Shown here one piece after another: positions 10,151 through 22,832 of a stretch of DNA of 64,000 nt; positions within the stretch are counted from its first letter, which is position 1, and every line of letters starts with the position of its first letter. Under the pieces are notes generated by a model. The model was not told the DNA's origin and did not search any database. It saw nothing but the letters and a program-made list of their open reading frames with translations. The translations under genes and the position numbers were made by a program. The DNA is from Isurus oxyrinchus (lineage: Eukaryota): assembly GCA_026770705.1 (NCBI GenBank), contig JANJGN010000007.1, positions 68,510,001 to 68,574,000 on the forward strand, read 5' to 3'.

Positions 10151-12039
10151 CACTCGGCCTCTTCAGCCTCCTGACATTCAGTAAGATCTTGGCTGAATTT
10201 TCCTACCTACTCATGATAATCATTCACCCCCTCCCCCCCCCCCCCCCACCACCGCCTTATCAAAAAATGTCTGTGTGCTGTGATCAGTGCATGTACAGAT
10301 GTGGGCCAATGCTTTCGTGCTATTTGCATGAGTGGCTTTAGAGACATCACCATGTTCACACACTGTGACGTCATTGACACTTGTGCACAGTCTGCCTGGC
10401 GATTTCATGTCTAGGCATGTATGTATTTGGTGATGTTTATTTTTTGTTTTCAATTCAGTGCAGTTTATTGTCCTTATGGAAATTTGCTGTGGGTACAGTT
10501 GCTTATGTGTAACCCACAAGAAAGAATTACATAACAAATAACAATCCATGTCGCCGCAGTGCTAATATCACAACCAAAGACAATAAATATGCGTGGATGT
10601 GGGTGATATCACTGACACGTGCAGAGTGATACTGACAGGCATTAGCTGCTAGCACAGCGAAATGATGTCTCTGGAAGTCTGTGTGCATGCATGGATGGCT
10701 ATCAGTGGCCATTTTTAATGATGGCATCGATATGCTGAATTGGCCGCATGCACGCACACATATGCATAGCTAAACAGAAAATTGTGTTCATGGGAAAGTG
10801 ATGGAATGAAACAGTAGCCAAATTCCCTGTGTAGCTAGCACAATTTGCTGCCCCCTGAGCTAGATGTGAAGAAAGTTGTCTTATTTGGCATTACAGGACC
10901 CACTCTCCAGAGACGGCCAATGCAACACACCTAGCAAACGATGGATACTCGTTTGACTACACAATCATTTATTGATGTTCAATATGACCTGTACTGATGT
11001 AGTGAAAAGTCACTGTTTAAGCTTATTGTTAAGGAAGAGCCAAAGGTGTTTTATTTCAGATCTAAAAGGTGTAAGGGTAGCACTGAGAGTCTTCGATTTA
11101 TATTTGGTGTCTGACATGCTAAGAAGTCCATCTTCAGGCTCATGCACCTCAAAATCAAGCCACTGATAAATTCTTTCAGTAGTGTTTCAGTTTCTTTGGT
11201 TGGGCGTACTTAGGAAAGCATACCACTTAAGCGCAGAGAACTGAAATGTATTTTGGCAAGAACCAAGGCTTGGCAATTCCTTTTGAGCATGTGGGTGTTT
11301 AAATAACTAAGGCTGCAACTTACCAGCAAACAACACTAGTAAGTTGCCTACTGCTTGTCCAGTTGGGACCACCCAGCTGTTTAAGAAACTAGCATTCAAG
11401 GAAATCTACAGCATGGTGGGAAGAATTCTAGCCCCAGTAATAGGCCTATCCCCTATGGCTTCATCATTGAGACAGACTGGTTGATCAACTATTAATATAC
11501 CTTGGTGATTCAGGTATTGGATTACTAAAGCTGCCTCAAAGGATATACTCGGTTGAAACCTCCTATAGCCTGGCTTATCATCTTGGAGCCAGTTCAGTCA
11601 TGAAGAGAGATACTTATTTGCTAATTCTCCCAACCCAGCCCAAGAAGAATTTTTGCAAATTTGTCATTAGATGCTAGGCTAGCACAGGTTTGACTAACGA
11701 GACAGGCATCCTTCCAAGTGGTATGTTGAACAATCAAATTCATCATAAAATGTGTGAATGCATTGTTGTTCCCCCAAACGTATTGACACATAAACCATAC
11801 CCAAGAAATAATGATTTTATCATTTACGTACAGAGCTTTCGCAGAAACTGTTTGCCTCTTTGAAATTCAGCCAATTGGCATGCAACCCTTCAGTTTCATG
11901 ATTAAGAGCCCCAAACTGTGTATGTGAACTCTTTGGACATGTCCTATTTAATATACACTTAACGTGTTAAGAATTTGCTGTCATAGCAGAGATACAAGAA
12001 AGACCAGTTTGTTTAAATGGGGAATGGTGCACACATGCG

Positions 12040-13670
12040 AACAGATGAAATAGGAGCAGAAGTAGACCAATCGGCCCCTTGAGCCTGCTCCACCATTCAA
12101 TAAGATCATGGCTGATCTGTTTGTGTTTTGAGTTCCACATTTCCATCTACGCCCAAAAACCTTTGATTATCTTTCCTAACAAGAATCTATCTACCTCTGC
12201 CTTAAAAATATTCAGTGACCTCACTTCTGCTTCTGCCTCCTCATCTCTGTCCTAGAAGGGTGACCCCTAATTTTAGAGCACTGCCCCCTGGTTCTTGATT
12301 CAGCCACAAAAGGAAACATCCTTTCCATATCCACCTTGTGAAGGCCGTTCAGGATCTTATATTCTTCCATTAAGTTACCCCTCATTCTTCTAAACTCCAG
12401 TGGAAACAAGCCCAGCTGTCCAACCTATTCTCGTAAGACAACCCGCTCATTCCAGATATCAATCTAGTAAACCTCCTCTGAATCGCCTCCAACGCATTTA
12501 AAGCCATCTATAAATAAGGAGACCAAAACTGCACACAGTATTTGAGATGTGGTCTCATCAATGCTCTATAAAACTGAAGCATAACCTCCTTACTTTTATG
12601 TTCACTTCCTCTCATAATAAAAGATAGCATCCATTAACCTTCTTGATTGCGTGCTGTACCTGCCCACTAACTTTGTGACTCATGCATGAGAACACCTAGA
12701 TCCCTCTGCATCTCGGAATTCTGCAGTTGTTCTCAGTTTAAGTAATACTTTGCTTTTTTTTACTCTTCCTGCCAAAGTGAACAACTTACATTTCCCAACA
12801 TTATATTCCATCTGCCAGATTTTTGTCCACTCAATCAACTTAGCTGTATCCATCTCTAAACTTCTTATGTCTGCTTCACAACCTACTTTCCTGTCAAACT
12901 TTGTGTCGTCTGCAAATTTAGCTACCATGCCTTCAGTCCCCTCATTAAAGTCATTGATGTAAATTGTAAAAAGTTGAGGACTCCACTCACCACATCCTGC
13001 CAATCAGACAAAGACCCATTCATGCATACTCTCTGTTTTCTGCCAGCTGGCCAATCTTCTGTCCAGGTTAATATGTTACCCCCTATACCATGAACTTTTA
13101 CTTTTCACAATAACCTTTGTTGTGGTACCTTATCAAATGTTTTCTGGAAATCCAAGTACAGTACGTCTACAGGCTCCCCTCCATCCACCGCACATGTTAC
13201 TCCTTCAAACAACTCTAATAAATTGGTTAAACATGATTTCCCTTTCATGACTCTTCCCAATCACCTTGAGTTTTTCTAAGTGTCCAGCTTTAATCTCTTT
13301 AATGATCAACTCTAACAACACCCCCCCCCACCAAAGCTCCTCCCCACGACAGATGGCAAGCTTTCTGGCCTTGGTTTCCTGTTGTCTGCCTCCCTCCCTT
13401 CTTAATAGCGGGGGTTATGTTTGTGAATTTCCGGTCTGATGGAACCTTTCCAGAATCGAGGGAATTTTGGGAAAATTAACAATGCATCTACTACTTCATT
13501 GGCCACCTGTTTTAAGACTCTAGGATGAAGCCCACCTGGACTTGTCAGCCTGCAGCTCCATCAGTTTGCTCAGCACTGCTTTCCTGGTGATTGTAATTGC
13601 ACCAAGTTCCCCTCTCCCCTCCACCTCCCGATATAAAACTATTATTAGAATGTTTTTTGTACTCTATAGG
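12040..13670 (-). mobile_element. CR1 LINE, 5'-truncated and decayed
   Basis: ORF fragments PQLFTIYINDF...KFADDTK...WQMEYNVGKC and LEFRRMRGNL...SRTRG; CR1 3' tail at ~12050. Confidence 0.9.
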
Positions 13671-15399
13671 CGATGCTTTGCCAACAACATAGTATAGTCT
13701 ATTAAAAGAAGACCATGAGTCTTTCAGAAATGAGTAACAGTCACTGAGTCATTTCATTATGGTGCCAATAATGCATCCTTGAAGAATAAAATAGAATGGA
13801 TGATGATGGACAATCATGTCTGATACTTTGCCTCACCTTGACGAGGACTAAAATTCGACAAAAGTTAGTTATTCCTTTGGGGTGTTAGCACTGAATTTCA
13901 TCAACCAAAATGGGTTGCAAAGTTATATTTAGAATAGTTTTGGATTGTAAGGTTTCCCACACAATATATTACTATAAGGCGTTTCAGGGTTTGTGATGAC
14001 TTCCTGGGCTACAAAAGTAAAATTCATGTAGTTTGCATGGAAATCAGAACCCTGAAATTGTTTTGCAAGTTGTAATTTATTTCAGCTTAGTTTGGCATAG
14101 TCATTGTAGGGCATGTTGTTCACTGATGACTGTGGCACCTTTTTAAATTTTTCAGTCAGAGGGGTATAGTAATGTTCCATAATGTTGTTCTTTAGCTGTT
14201 GATTGCCTGGAACTGTTGGTGATTTACAGATGTATTCCATGAGATTACAAAATGTGTCTGGTTTCATTATGGCCCTGGACATCTAAAAGTATCCCCATCT
14301 CAGCTTTTGATACTTCACGGCTATATCCTTTTTCTTCATTTTAATATTTGAATCTTTCAAACAATTTTTCTTCTTGATCAATTGTCCTGTTAATTATGGT
14401 ACATTCTAATAGCCCATTTAGTATTTCCATTTTAAACCAGGTGCTTTCGTCTGTAAAGCATTTGACAATTTTTTTATTCATAAGTTATAGAGTAACAAGA
14501 ATTGCATCAAAACATCTTACTGTTTTAGTAAGAGATCCTTGTGAAGTAATGATTGATTCTTCTGGTCTTCTCCTTCCATGAAAATTTTCATGAAACCTGC
14601 TAGTGATCAATTAGAAGCTGAATAAATATACCAGGTAGGTATATAGAAGACAAATAATAATAAAGTGACCAACTAGACAACGCCTTACAAAGAAAATTGC
14701 ACCAATTCCCTTGAATTGGAAATGGAAAATAGAAAGATGTACTGTGATGCAATTTATAGCTAAAAGTGAAATTTTTAGTGCTTTAGCTATGTCCCTGGAA
14801 AGATGATTGATTTTAAAGGCTGTTAACAGTTTAACTCAGAGTAGCATTCGTGAAGGTCTTGGAACTCATTGTGTATTTCATTGCGATTGCTGTGTGAGCA
14901 GGGAGAAAAATAGCATATCCTCCAAAATGTCCAGTCAGTCATGTACATCATGAATTAAGGCTTTCCTTTTGTAAAGGCCTTCATTTTCCACCTTTTAACC
15001 GTGACATGATTGAGATGAGAGAACTCAAGGAACTTCTTTTGAATCATCCATCAATTTGAAAAGAAAATTTCCAAGAACAAGTAGCATTTAGTTACGACTC
15101 TTGCCTTGGTACCCTTGATCAGCAAAAATTCAAACTTTGTGTCCCTCACTTTTGTAAGTGTATAATTTCTTCAAACATTTTGTGTTCCTAGAAGGAGGAC
15201 TGTGGTGTCTCATATGAAGACCTTTCTTTCAATAACTTTTGGAAAAACTAACTTGCTGAGAGGCTTGTATGACAAATCTCATGTAAATGTTCTGAAGTTC
15301 AGGCAGGATAATAATGGAAATACAGTATCTGGTCTTACTGTTCCTAGAAGGAAAAACTGAAGTCCAAATTTTGTTTTTCAATGCCTTTTGTTTGAACTA

Positions 15400-15575
15400 T
15401 ATGTGTGCGTAGATGTTAGACCTGGACAGTATCAGGGCTAGCTCTGATGCTCCACAGTGAAATTACATGCTCTGGCTTAAATGTTAATGGCCACTTAGGC
15501 AAAGCACTGGTGTGTCCCTGTTCATTAGAAGCATACCACAACAGGAATCACTGTCTGCAGGAGGGTAAAGAGATA
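15400..15575 (+). mobile_element. 3' part of an old tRNA-derived SINE (same family as 59075-59440)
   Basis: gtgtgcgtagatgttagacctggacagtatcagggctagctctgatgc...aatggccacttaggc resembles the body of the copy at 59075 and the recalled UCON3-like SINE consensus. Confidence 0.45.
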
Positions 15576-16222
15576 AAAGTGGGTAGACAGATTTGATATC
15601 TGCTAATTTTGGAAAGTGTAGGTAATTTGAAGGAAAAATATAAATAAATTCAAGAGAGAGTCTTGCTGACACCAATGCATAGCTGATCTCTGGATGGAAA
15701 TGACACAAGAAATAAGAGCAAGAGTAGACCATTTGGCCCTTCAAGCCTGCTCTGCCATTCAATGTGATCATAGTTGATCTACCTCAATTCCATCTTCCAT
15801 ATCATTCCCATATTCCTTAATTCTCAAAAGTCTTTTGGTCTCCCTGTTGAAGACATTCAATAAACCTTTGGAATAGGGAATTCTGAAAATTCCGAACCCT
15901 CTTGAGTGAAGAAATTTCTCCTCAGCCCAAAATGGCTGATGCCTTATCCTGAGACTCCTAATTCCATATTCCCCAGCCAGAAGTAACATCCTTTCTTTTT
16001 AAACAAAATCACCTCTCATTCTTCTGAATTCCAGGAAATATAGTCCAGTTTACTCAGTCCCTCCTAATAGGACAATCCCCTCACCCCAGGAATCAACCTA
16101 GTGAATCTTCTCTGCACTCCTTTCAAGACTAACATATCCTTCCTTAGGTGGGGAGACCAAAGCCATCAGTACTCCAGATGTAAGGCTGTGTACAATTTCA
16201 GTAAGGCATTTTCACTCTTGTG

Positions 16223-16400
16223 CAATCTTCCCACTAACCTCACTTTGCTGTACGTGATTGGCTTATTGCAATGTGCAGTCCCTTTAAGATAGACTTGTGA
16301 TCTTAAATGGAGCTTTGCTTGTGTATGGCCTGTTTGCTTCTGGTGTGATCCATTCCCAGTTGCTGCATAGCAGCACCAGTGCAGCTTGGAGGGATCGTTG
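16223..16400 (+). mobile_element. hAT-like MITE (178 bp) with 8-bp TSD
   Basis: TSD ctcttgtg (16215-16222) / ctcttgta (16401-16408). Imperfect TIRs CAATCTTCCCACTAACCT versus the reverse complement of the right end, CAACGATCCCTCCAAGCT. The insert interrupts continuous CR1 sequence. Confidence 0.65.
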
Positions 16401-17527
16401 CTCTTGTACTCTACTTCCTTTGTAATTAAAGTTAACATAGCATTTGATTTTGAATTAACTTGCTGTACTTGTATGTTAACTTTCTCTGATTCATGTACGA
16501 AGATGCCTGGGTGTCTCTGAATACCAATATTTCTAAGCCTTTCATCATTTAAAAATATTCTGCTTTTCTATTTTTCCTTCCAAAGTGCATAATTTTGCAC
16601 TTTCCCACGTTACATCCTGTCATGTTCTTGCCCATTCACTCACTCTGTCTTTATCCCTTTGCAACCTTTGCTTACCTTCCCATCTAACTTTATATAATCA
16701 GGAAACTTGGATACATTACTCTGTCCCCTCATAAGTCATTGTTATAAATTGTAAATCGCTGAGGCTGAAGGACTAATGCTTGTGGTATCCCACTAGATAC
16801 AGCCTAGCCAATCCAAAATTATCTGTTTATTCCTACTCGCTGTTTTCTGCCCATTAATCAATCCTCAACCCATGCATTTTTCCAGCATTTTGTTTTTTCA
16901 GATTTCCAGCATCCACAGTATTTTGTTTTTACCTAAATCTATGCTAATATTTTATCCTCAATCCCCAAAGCCCTAATGTTGTGTAATAATCTCTTATGTT
17001 GTGCCTTATCGAATGTTTTTTGAGAATCCAAATACAGCACTTCCACTGCTTCCCCCCCCCACCCCACCATCTATTTTGCTAGTTAAAACCTCAAAGATCC
17101 AACAGATTGCTGTGCGCAATTTTCCTTTTGTATATCAACGTTGATTCTGCCCAATCATATTATGATTTTCTATGTGCTCTGTTACCACATCCCTAATAAT
17201 AGATTCCAACATTTTCCCTGCTATTGATGTTAAGTTAACTGGTCTATAGCTCCCCTGTTTTCCCATCTTCCCTTCTTGAACAGTCAGGTTTGCTACGACT
17301 TAATCTGTGGAGACTGTTCCAGAATCTCTGGAATTTTGGAAGACCAAAACCAAAGCACCCACTATCTCTGTTGCAAACTCTTTTAAAACCCTAGTGTGCA
17401 CGCCATCAGATATAGGGAATTTGTCAAGTTTAGGTCCTATAAATTTTTCCAGCACTCTTTCTTTGCTAATAATTTTTTTTACTAGTTCTTTGGTTCTCTA
17501 TTATTTCCAGAATGGGCTTTGTGTCTT

Positions 17528-17844
17528 TGCAGTAATCTGATATGTAATATACACTTAAGATAAGTATTTTAATGTAAGGTCACATGATCTTAATATCCAA
17601 TAGCAGAATAGCACGGGCTACCTCTATGTGAGAGTCTTGAGTTAGTCACTGATGAGTAAAGACAGAGTTTTATGTTTTGAGCACACAAGTGTAACTGCAG
17701 TGTTTAGTTTCTAAATAAACAGCATGTGTTTCTTCTAACAACAATCTCTGATGTTCTGTCTCTCTCTACCAACTTGCTCACCCCGAAACAAGCGTACCAT
17801 CCAGATCCTTCAGCCCCAGAAAACCAATGGCACTGGTTCAAACA
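17528..17844 (+). mobile_element. Small solo LTR (317 bp) with 5-bp TSD GTCTT
   Basis: TG at 17528, CA at 17843-17844, GTCTT at 17523-17527 and 17845-17849, internal AATAAA near 17714. Splits CR1 sequence. Confidence 0.8.
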
Positions 17845-18202
17845 GTCTTCCATTGTGAAGACAGATACAAAAGTATTTCTTTAATGCCTTTGCCATTTCC
17901 TTATTCCCCATTATAATTTTACCTGTTTCTGCCTGTAAGGAACTCACTATATTTTTTTCTTCATACCTCTAGACATTCCGGTGGGTGGGGTGGTGGGTGA
18001 GGGAGTTTTGGGCTTGGTTAACCAAAGCAATAAGTGTGAGTTGCTGTGCAATGCCTTTCTGTCTATGCCTCAATGCTATTAACCAATATTGTAATGCACT
18101 AATTTTGATTCGGGTTGCAACTCTCCAGGAATGAAAGATTAATCTCCTGAATACTGCGGCAAACAACCCAGAAGAAATGTGGGGGCATTAAAAATAATGG
18201 TA

Positions 18203-20363
18203 ACAAAAACAGAATTACCTGGAAAAACTCAGCAGGTCTGGCAGCATCGGCGGAGAAGAAAAGAGTTGACATTTCGAGTCCTCATGACCCTTCGACAGAA
18301 CTTGAGTTCGAGTCCAAGAAAAAGTTGAAATATAAGCTGGTTTAAGGTGTGTGTGTGTGGTGGGCGGAGAGATAGAGAGAGAGAGAGAGAGGTTGGGGGG
18401 TTGAGGGTGTGGTTGTATGGACAAACAAGCAGTGATAGAAGCAGATCATCAAAAGATGTCAACGACAATGGTACAATAGAACACATAGGTGTTAAAGTTA
18501 AAGTTGGTGATATTATCTAAACGAATGTGCTAATTAAGAATGGATGGTAGGGCACTCAAGGTATAGCTCTAGTGGGGTGTTTTTTTATATAATGGAAATA
18601 GATGGGAAAAGGAAAATCTTTATAATTTATTGGAAAAAAAAGGAAGGGGGAAACAGAAAGGGGGTGGGGATGGGGGAGGGAGCTCACGACCTAAAGTTGT
18701 TGAATTCAATATTCAGTCCGGAAAGCTGTAAGGTGCCTAGTCGGAAGATGAGGTGTTGTTCCTCCAGTTTGCGTTGGGCTTCACTGGAACAATGCAGCAA
18801 GCCAAGGACAGACATGTGGGCAAGAGAGCAGGGTGGAGTGTTAAAATGGCAAGCGACAGGGAGGTTTGGGTCATTCTTGCGGACAGACCGCAGGTGTTCT
18901 GCAAAGCGGTCGCCCAGTTTACGTTTGGTCTCTCCAATGTAGAGGAGACCACATTGGGAGCAATGAATGCAGTAGACTAAGTTGGGGGAAATGCAAGTGA
19001 AATGCTGCTTCACTTGAAAGGAGTGTTTGGGCCCTTGGACAGTGAGAAGAGAGGAAGTGAAGGGGCAGGTGTTGCATCTTTTGCGTGGGCATGGGGTGGT
19101 GCCATAGGAGGGGGTTGAGGAGTAGGGGGTGATGGAGGAGTGGACCAGGGTGTCCCGGAGGGAGCGATCCCTACGGAATGCTGATAAGGGGGGTGAAGGG
19201 AAGATGTGTTTGGTGGTGGCATCATGCTGGAGTTGGCGGAAATGCCGGAGGATGATCCTTTGAATGCGGAGGCTGGTGGGTTGATAAGTGAGGACAAGGG
19301 GGACCCTATCATGTTTCTGGGAGGGAGGAGAAGGCATGAGGGCGGATGCGCGGGAGATGGGCTGGACACGGTTGAGGGCCCTGTCAACGACCATGGGTGG
19401 AAAACCTCGGTTAAGGAAGAAGGAGGACATGTCAGAGGAACTGTTTTTGAAGGTAGCGTCATCGGAACAGATGCGACAAAGGCGAAGGAACTGGGAGAAT
19501 GGGATGGAGTCCTTACAGGAAGCGGGGTGTGAGGAGCTGTAGTCGAGGTAGCTGTGGGAGTCGGTGGGTTTGTAATGGATATTGGTGGACAGTCTATCAC
19601 CAGAGATTGAGACAGAGAGGTCAAGGAAGGGAAGGGAAGTGTCAGAGATGAACCACGTGAAAATGATGGAGGGGTGGAGATTGGAAGCAAAATTAATAAA
19701 TTTTTCCAAGTCCCGACGAGAGCATGAAGTGGCACCGAAGTAATCATTGATGTACCGGAGAAAAAGTTGTGGAAGGGGGCCGGAGTAGGACTGCAACAGG
19801 GAATGTTCCACATACCCCATAAAGAGACAGGTATAGCTGGGGCCCATGCGGGTACCCATAGCCACACCTTTTATTTGGAGGAAGTGAGAGGAGTTGAAGG
19901 AGAAATTGTTCAGCCTGAGAACAAGTTCAGCCAGACGGAGGAGAGTAGTAGTGGATGGGGATTGTTCGGGCCTCTGTTCGAGGAAGAAGCTAAGGGCCCT
20001 CAGACCATCCTGGTGGGGGATGGAGGTGTAGAGGGATTGGACGTCCATGGTGAAGAGGAAGCGGTTGGGGCCAGGGAACTGGAAATTGTTGATGTGACGT
20101 AAGGTGTCAGAGGAATCACGGATGTAGGTGGGAAGGGACTGGACAAGGGGAGAGAGAAGGGAGTCAAGATAACGAGAAATGAGTTCTGCGGGGCAGGAGC
20201 AAGCTGAGACGATCGGTCTACCGGGGCAGTTCTGTTTGTGGATTTTGGGTAGGAGGTAGAAGCGGGCCGTCCGAGGTTGGGCGACTATCAGGTTGGAAGC
20301 TGTGGGAGGGAGATCCCCAGAGGAGATGAGGTCAGCGACAGTCCTGGAAACAATGGCTTGATG
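18203..20363 (-). mobile_element. Penelope-like retroelement (RT plus GIY-YIG endonuclease), 5'-truncated, young
   Basis: ORF 20048-18684 has MDVQSLYTSIP, GVAMGTRMGP, RYIND (YIDD mutated), LPFLD, and the GIY-YIG NLVYCIHCSQCGLLYIGETKRKLGDRFAEH. Upstream sequence encodes FYLLPKIHK...GRPIVS. Flanked by aaaaataatggta (18190-18202) and aaaaataatagta (20364-20376). Confidence 0.95.
18263..18303 (-). ncRNA. Minimal type-I hammerhead ribozyme-like motif in the Penelope terminal repeat (core CUGUCGA)
   Basis: Minus strand reads AGUU-CUGUCGA-A-GGGUC-AUGAG-GACUC-GAAA-U-GUC-AACU: stem I AGUU/AACU, stem II GGGUC/GACUC, GAAA and a GUC cleavage triplet. Minimal hammerheads are an established feature of Penelope-like elements. 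Confidence 0.65.
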
Positions 20364-20879
20364 AAAAATAATAGTATGTTGTTTTAATTTTCTTTGAACA
20401 CCATTGTTTATTTGTTATAAAATTGTTTGGAAATAGGGAGAACAATAAAACTATATTGTTAGCTGCTTCTCAGTCTGGAAAATATTGTAACCATATGGTA
20501 AGATACCATTCCTGTAGATACCTGAGCACAGTGGGCCATTTGACATTTGTACAATCTGTCTGCTGTGTGTGGCCATTCAAGCTGTGTGCACTACTGTTTG
20601 CATATTACCAGCTGGCTGTTAAAGCCATATTTCAATGAAGTAATTCAACTGAACTCTGCTAGATCTTCAGATAAGGCTGATTTTTAGCTCAGTAATGCAA
20701 TTAATCACATTTTGTGCTACTACCAACATGTATTATGTAAATTATGTCCCGTTCTTTATTTTCATGTTTCCTGCATTTTGTACCCAATACCTCTTTGCTC
20801 CTGAAAGGAACAATGTATTATATGTTATATCTCTATGGTATTATTTGTCAAATATATTTTGCATATGAATTACCTATGA

Positions 20880-21110
20880 AGTGCAATATCCTTTGTGTCG
20901 CCAGAGTAGCCATTCCACACCAACGACATTGCACAAACAGCAGTGGGATGTTTGGCTAGTAAATCTGTTTTTGATGGTGTTGGTTGAAAGGAGAATCTTG
21001 CCTGGGACACTGGAAAACCTCCCTGTTCCTTCTATGAATGTGTCATTATATCTTTCAGGTCACTGGAACCGCAGTTGGCTTTGGTTTAACATCCTGTCTG
21101 AAGAATGGAT
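20880..21110 (-). mobile_element. DeuSINE (SacSINE1/AmnSINE1-like) fragment
   Basis: Reverse complement of Deu-domain-like sequence (ggtgttggttgaaaggagaatcttgcctgggacactgg...ttggtttaacatcctgtctgaag), similar to the copy at 47790-48395. Confidence 0.7.
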
Positions 21111-21139
21111 TTATAATGAGGATACATATCTGAGAGAAT

Positions 21140-21450
21140 GGTAGCACTTTTAAACCTTAGCATATGGTTATATTTAGTGAATGAGGCCGGACAGTAATGT
21201 CATAATTCAACCTTGCTATCTTCTGGCACCCCTCTACTTGTATTCATTATAAGGATTTCTATGTATCAATTGGGAGCAACAGGCCTGAGTTATTTTTATT
21301 CCACTTTCTGAATTGGGGTTATCTAGAACTGTAGTATTATTACTGTAGCACTTAGTTAAGATCAGAAACCTCTGCACAGATAGGGATCATCCTAATCTAT
21401 CTGAATCAATGCTTTAAGATATGGAACATTGCCCCACTAAGCCCCTCAGC
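21140..21450 (-). mobile_element. Old tRNA-derived SINE (same family as 59075-59440)
   Basis: ttaagatcagaaacctctgcacagatagggatc resembles the reverse complement of ggttc..ctggtgtgc..gttagctgatttcagc in the 59075 copy. Confidence 0.45.
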
Positions 21451-22832
21451 TACTGAAATCCTGTACTTGCCTTTGAAACATCTATACTTACATTGTTACT
21501 GCCCTTGCTTGTCCCCAATTCTTCATCGTTAAACACTCCTGTTTGTCCAAGATAGTACAGCATGTCTCCTGCCTTGCACTAAATCCTGTTCACCATTCAT
21601 CCTGTTCTTGTTTACCTTGCCAATCCATAATGCCTTGAGAATTTAACATTGTCATCTTGATCTTTAAATCTTTCCATGACCTTGCCTGGCTGGTTTCCAC
21701 AATCCCCTCCTCAATACAGTGTTTCTCTCACTTCAGCTTTCTGTGCTTTCCCCCTGTGCTACGTAAATGCAAGTTGTTAGCCCATCGGGGTTATTTCCAT
21801 TCTTAAACTTTCACAAAACACCTGCATAATTGATCTGTGCACTTCTAATACTAAACATTGTAAAGTGGAACTGAACAATTAGGACCATATACAGAGTCAA
21901 AAGACAAGCTTGTTCCAAAATTGCCCTGAATCAACTAAGCATTGGATAAAGATGGTCTCATTAAAATTGGTTCTGGGTGAAAGGCTACAGTTCTCAGAGG
22001 TTACTTCTAACACCAAGGACTTGTGATTGAAACCCTCATTCGCTAAGTTGAAGAAATGTATTTATATTGATGATAAGGAGCTAGGGATGTAAACTCCATT
22101 TTACTGATGACAAAAGAGATAATATTGCCAATAGTGCTGTTAATTTGTGTGTGTAAGCAAGCAGCCAGGCTGCAGGATGAAATCAAAGGCTTGAGTTGAG
22201 TTTCTACCAGAACTTTAATATGGTGGGTTCAGTCTAGTCAATGTTAAACTGAACAACTGGGGCAATTCTACACAAAATACATATGCCCAAGTTATTTTAC
22301 CTGCAATATTAAAACAACAACAAAAGAGATTTGGAGAACATGCTGCTTTATGAGTAAAGGATAGATGCAGTAAAATGAAGAAGAACATACGGACTTGAAA
22401 CGTTAACTCTGTCTTTCTCTCCATGGATGCTGTCAGACCTGAGTTTTTCCAGCATTTTTTTTTTGTTGCAGTAAAATAATGTTAACATGTTGATTGTTTC
22501 TTGGGAAGTCTTAGATAATCGCTTTTTTAAAGAAATGGAGAATTTAGGTTGTAATATTAGATGTAAAATATATATTTTTCTCTTGTTGGCAATCGGAAAT
22601 CCCTTGTTCCCATAGGTTGTCTCACCACCAGCAATATAAGGGAAAAGGTCTTTTGTGAGGTCTAAATAGAAGAATAGATTATGGAAAAAATGAGTAGAAA
22701 CCCTTTCTCTGTAACTTTGAAAACATTTTTTGGAAAAAAGTTAAACTATCAAACTTCTTTGTCTGTTTACGGTTCACTTTGGTGTACTCCAATGTTTAAT
22801 CCTGTTATTTTTAAATCCTGAAGGCATATAAT

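Larger units (their letters stand above)
15700..17960 (-). mobile_element. Decayed CR1 LINE carrying nested insertions (hAT MITE, Penelope-type short element, solo LTR)
   Basis: CR1 3' tail at ~15710 (aagaaataagagcaagagtagaccatttggccc) and RT fragments on the minus strand. Confidence 0.85.

Noticed and set aside
18345-18410. (GT)n/(GA)n microsatellite as an independent feature
   Set aside because: Lies inside the Penelope 3' region between the TSDs.
19010-19867. 285-aa Pro/Ser-rich ORF and antisense ORFs over the Penelope element
   Set aside because: Shadow frames of the C-rich Penelope RT ORF.
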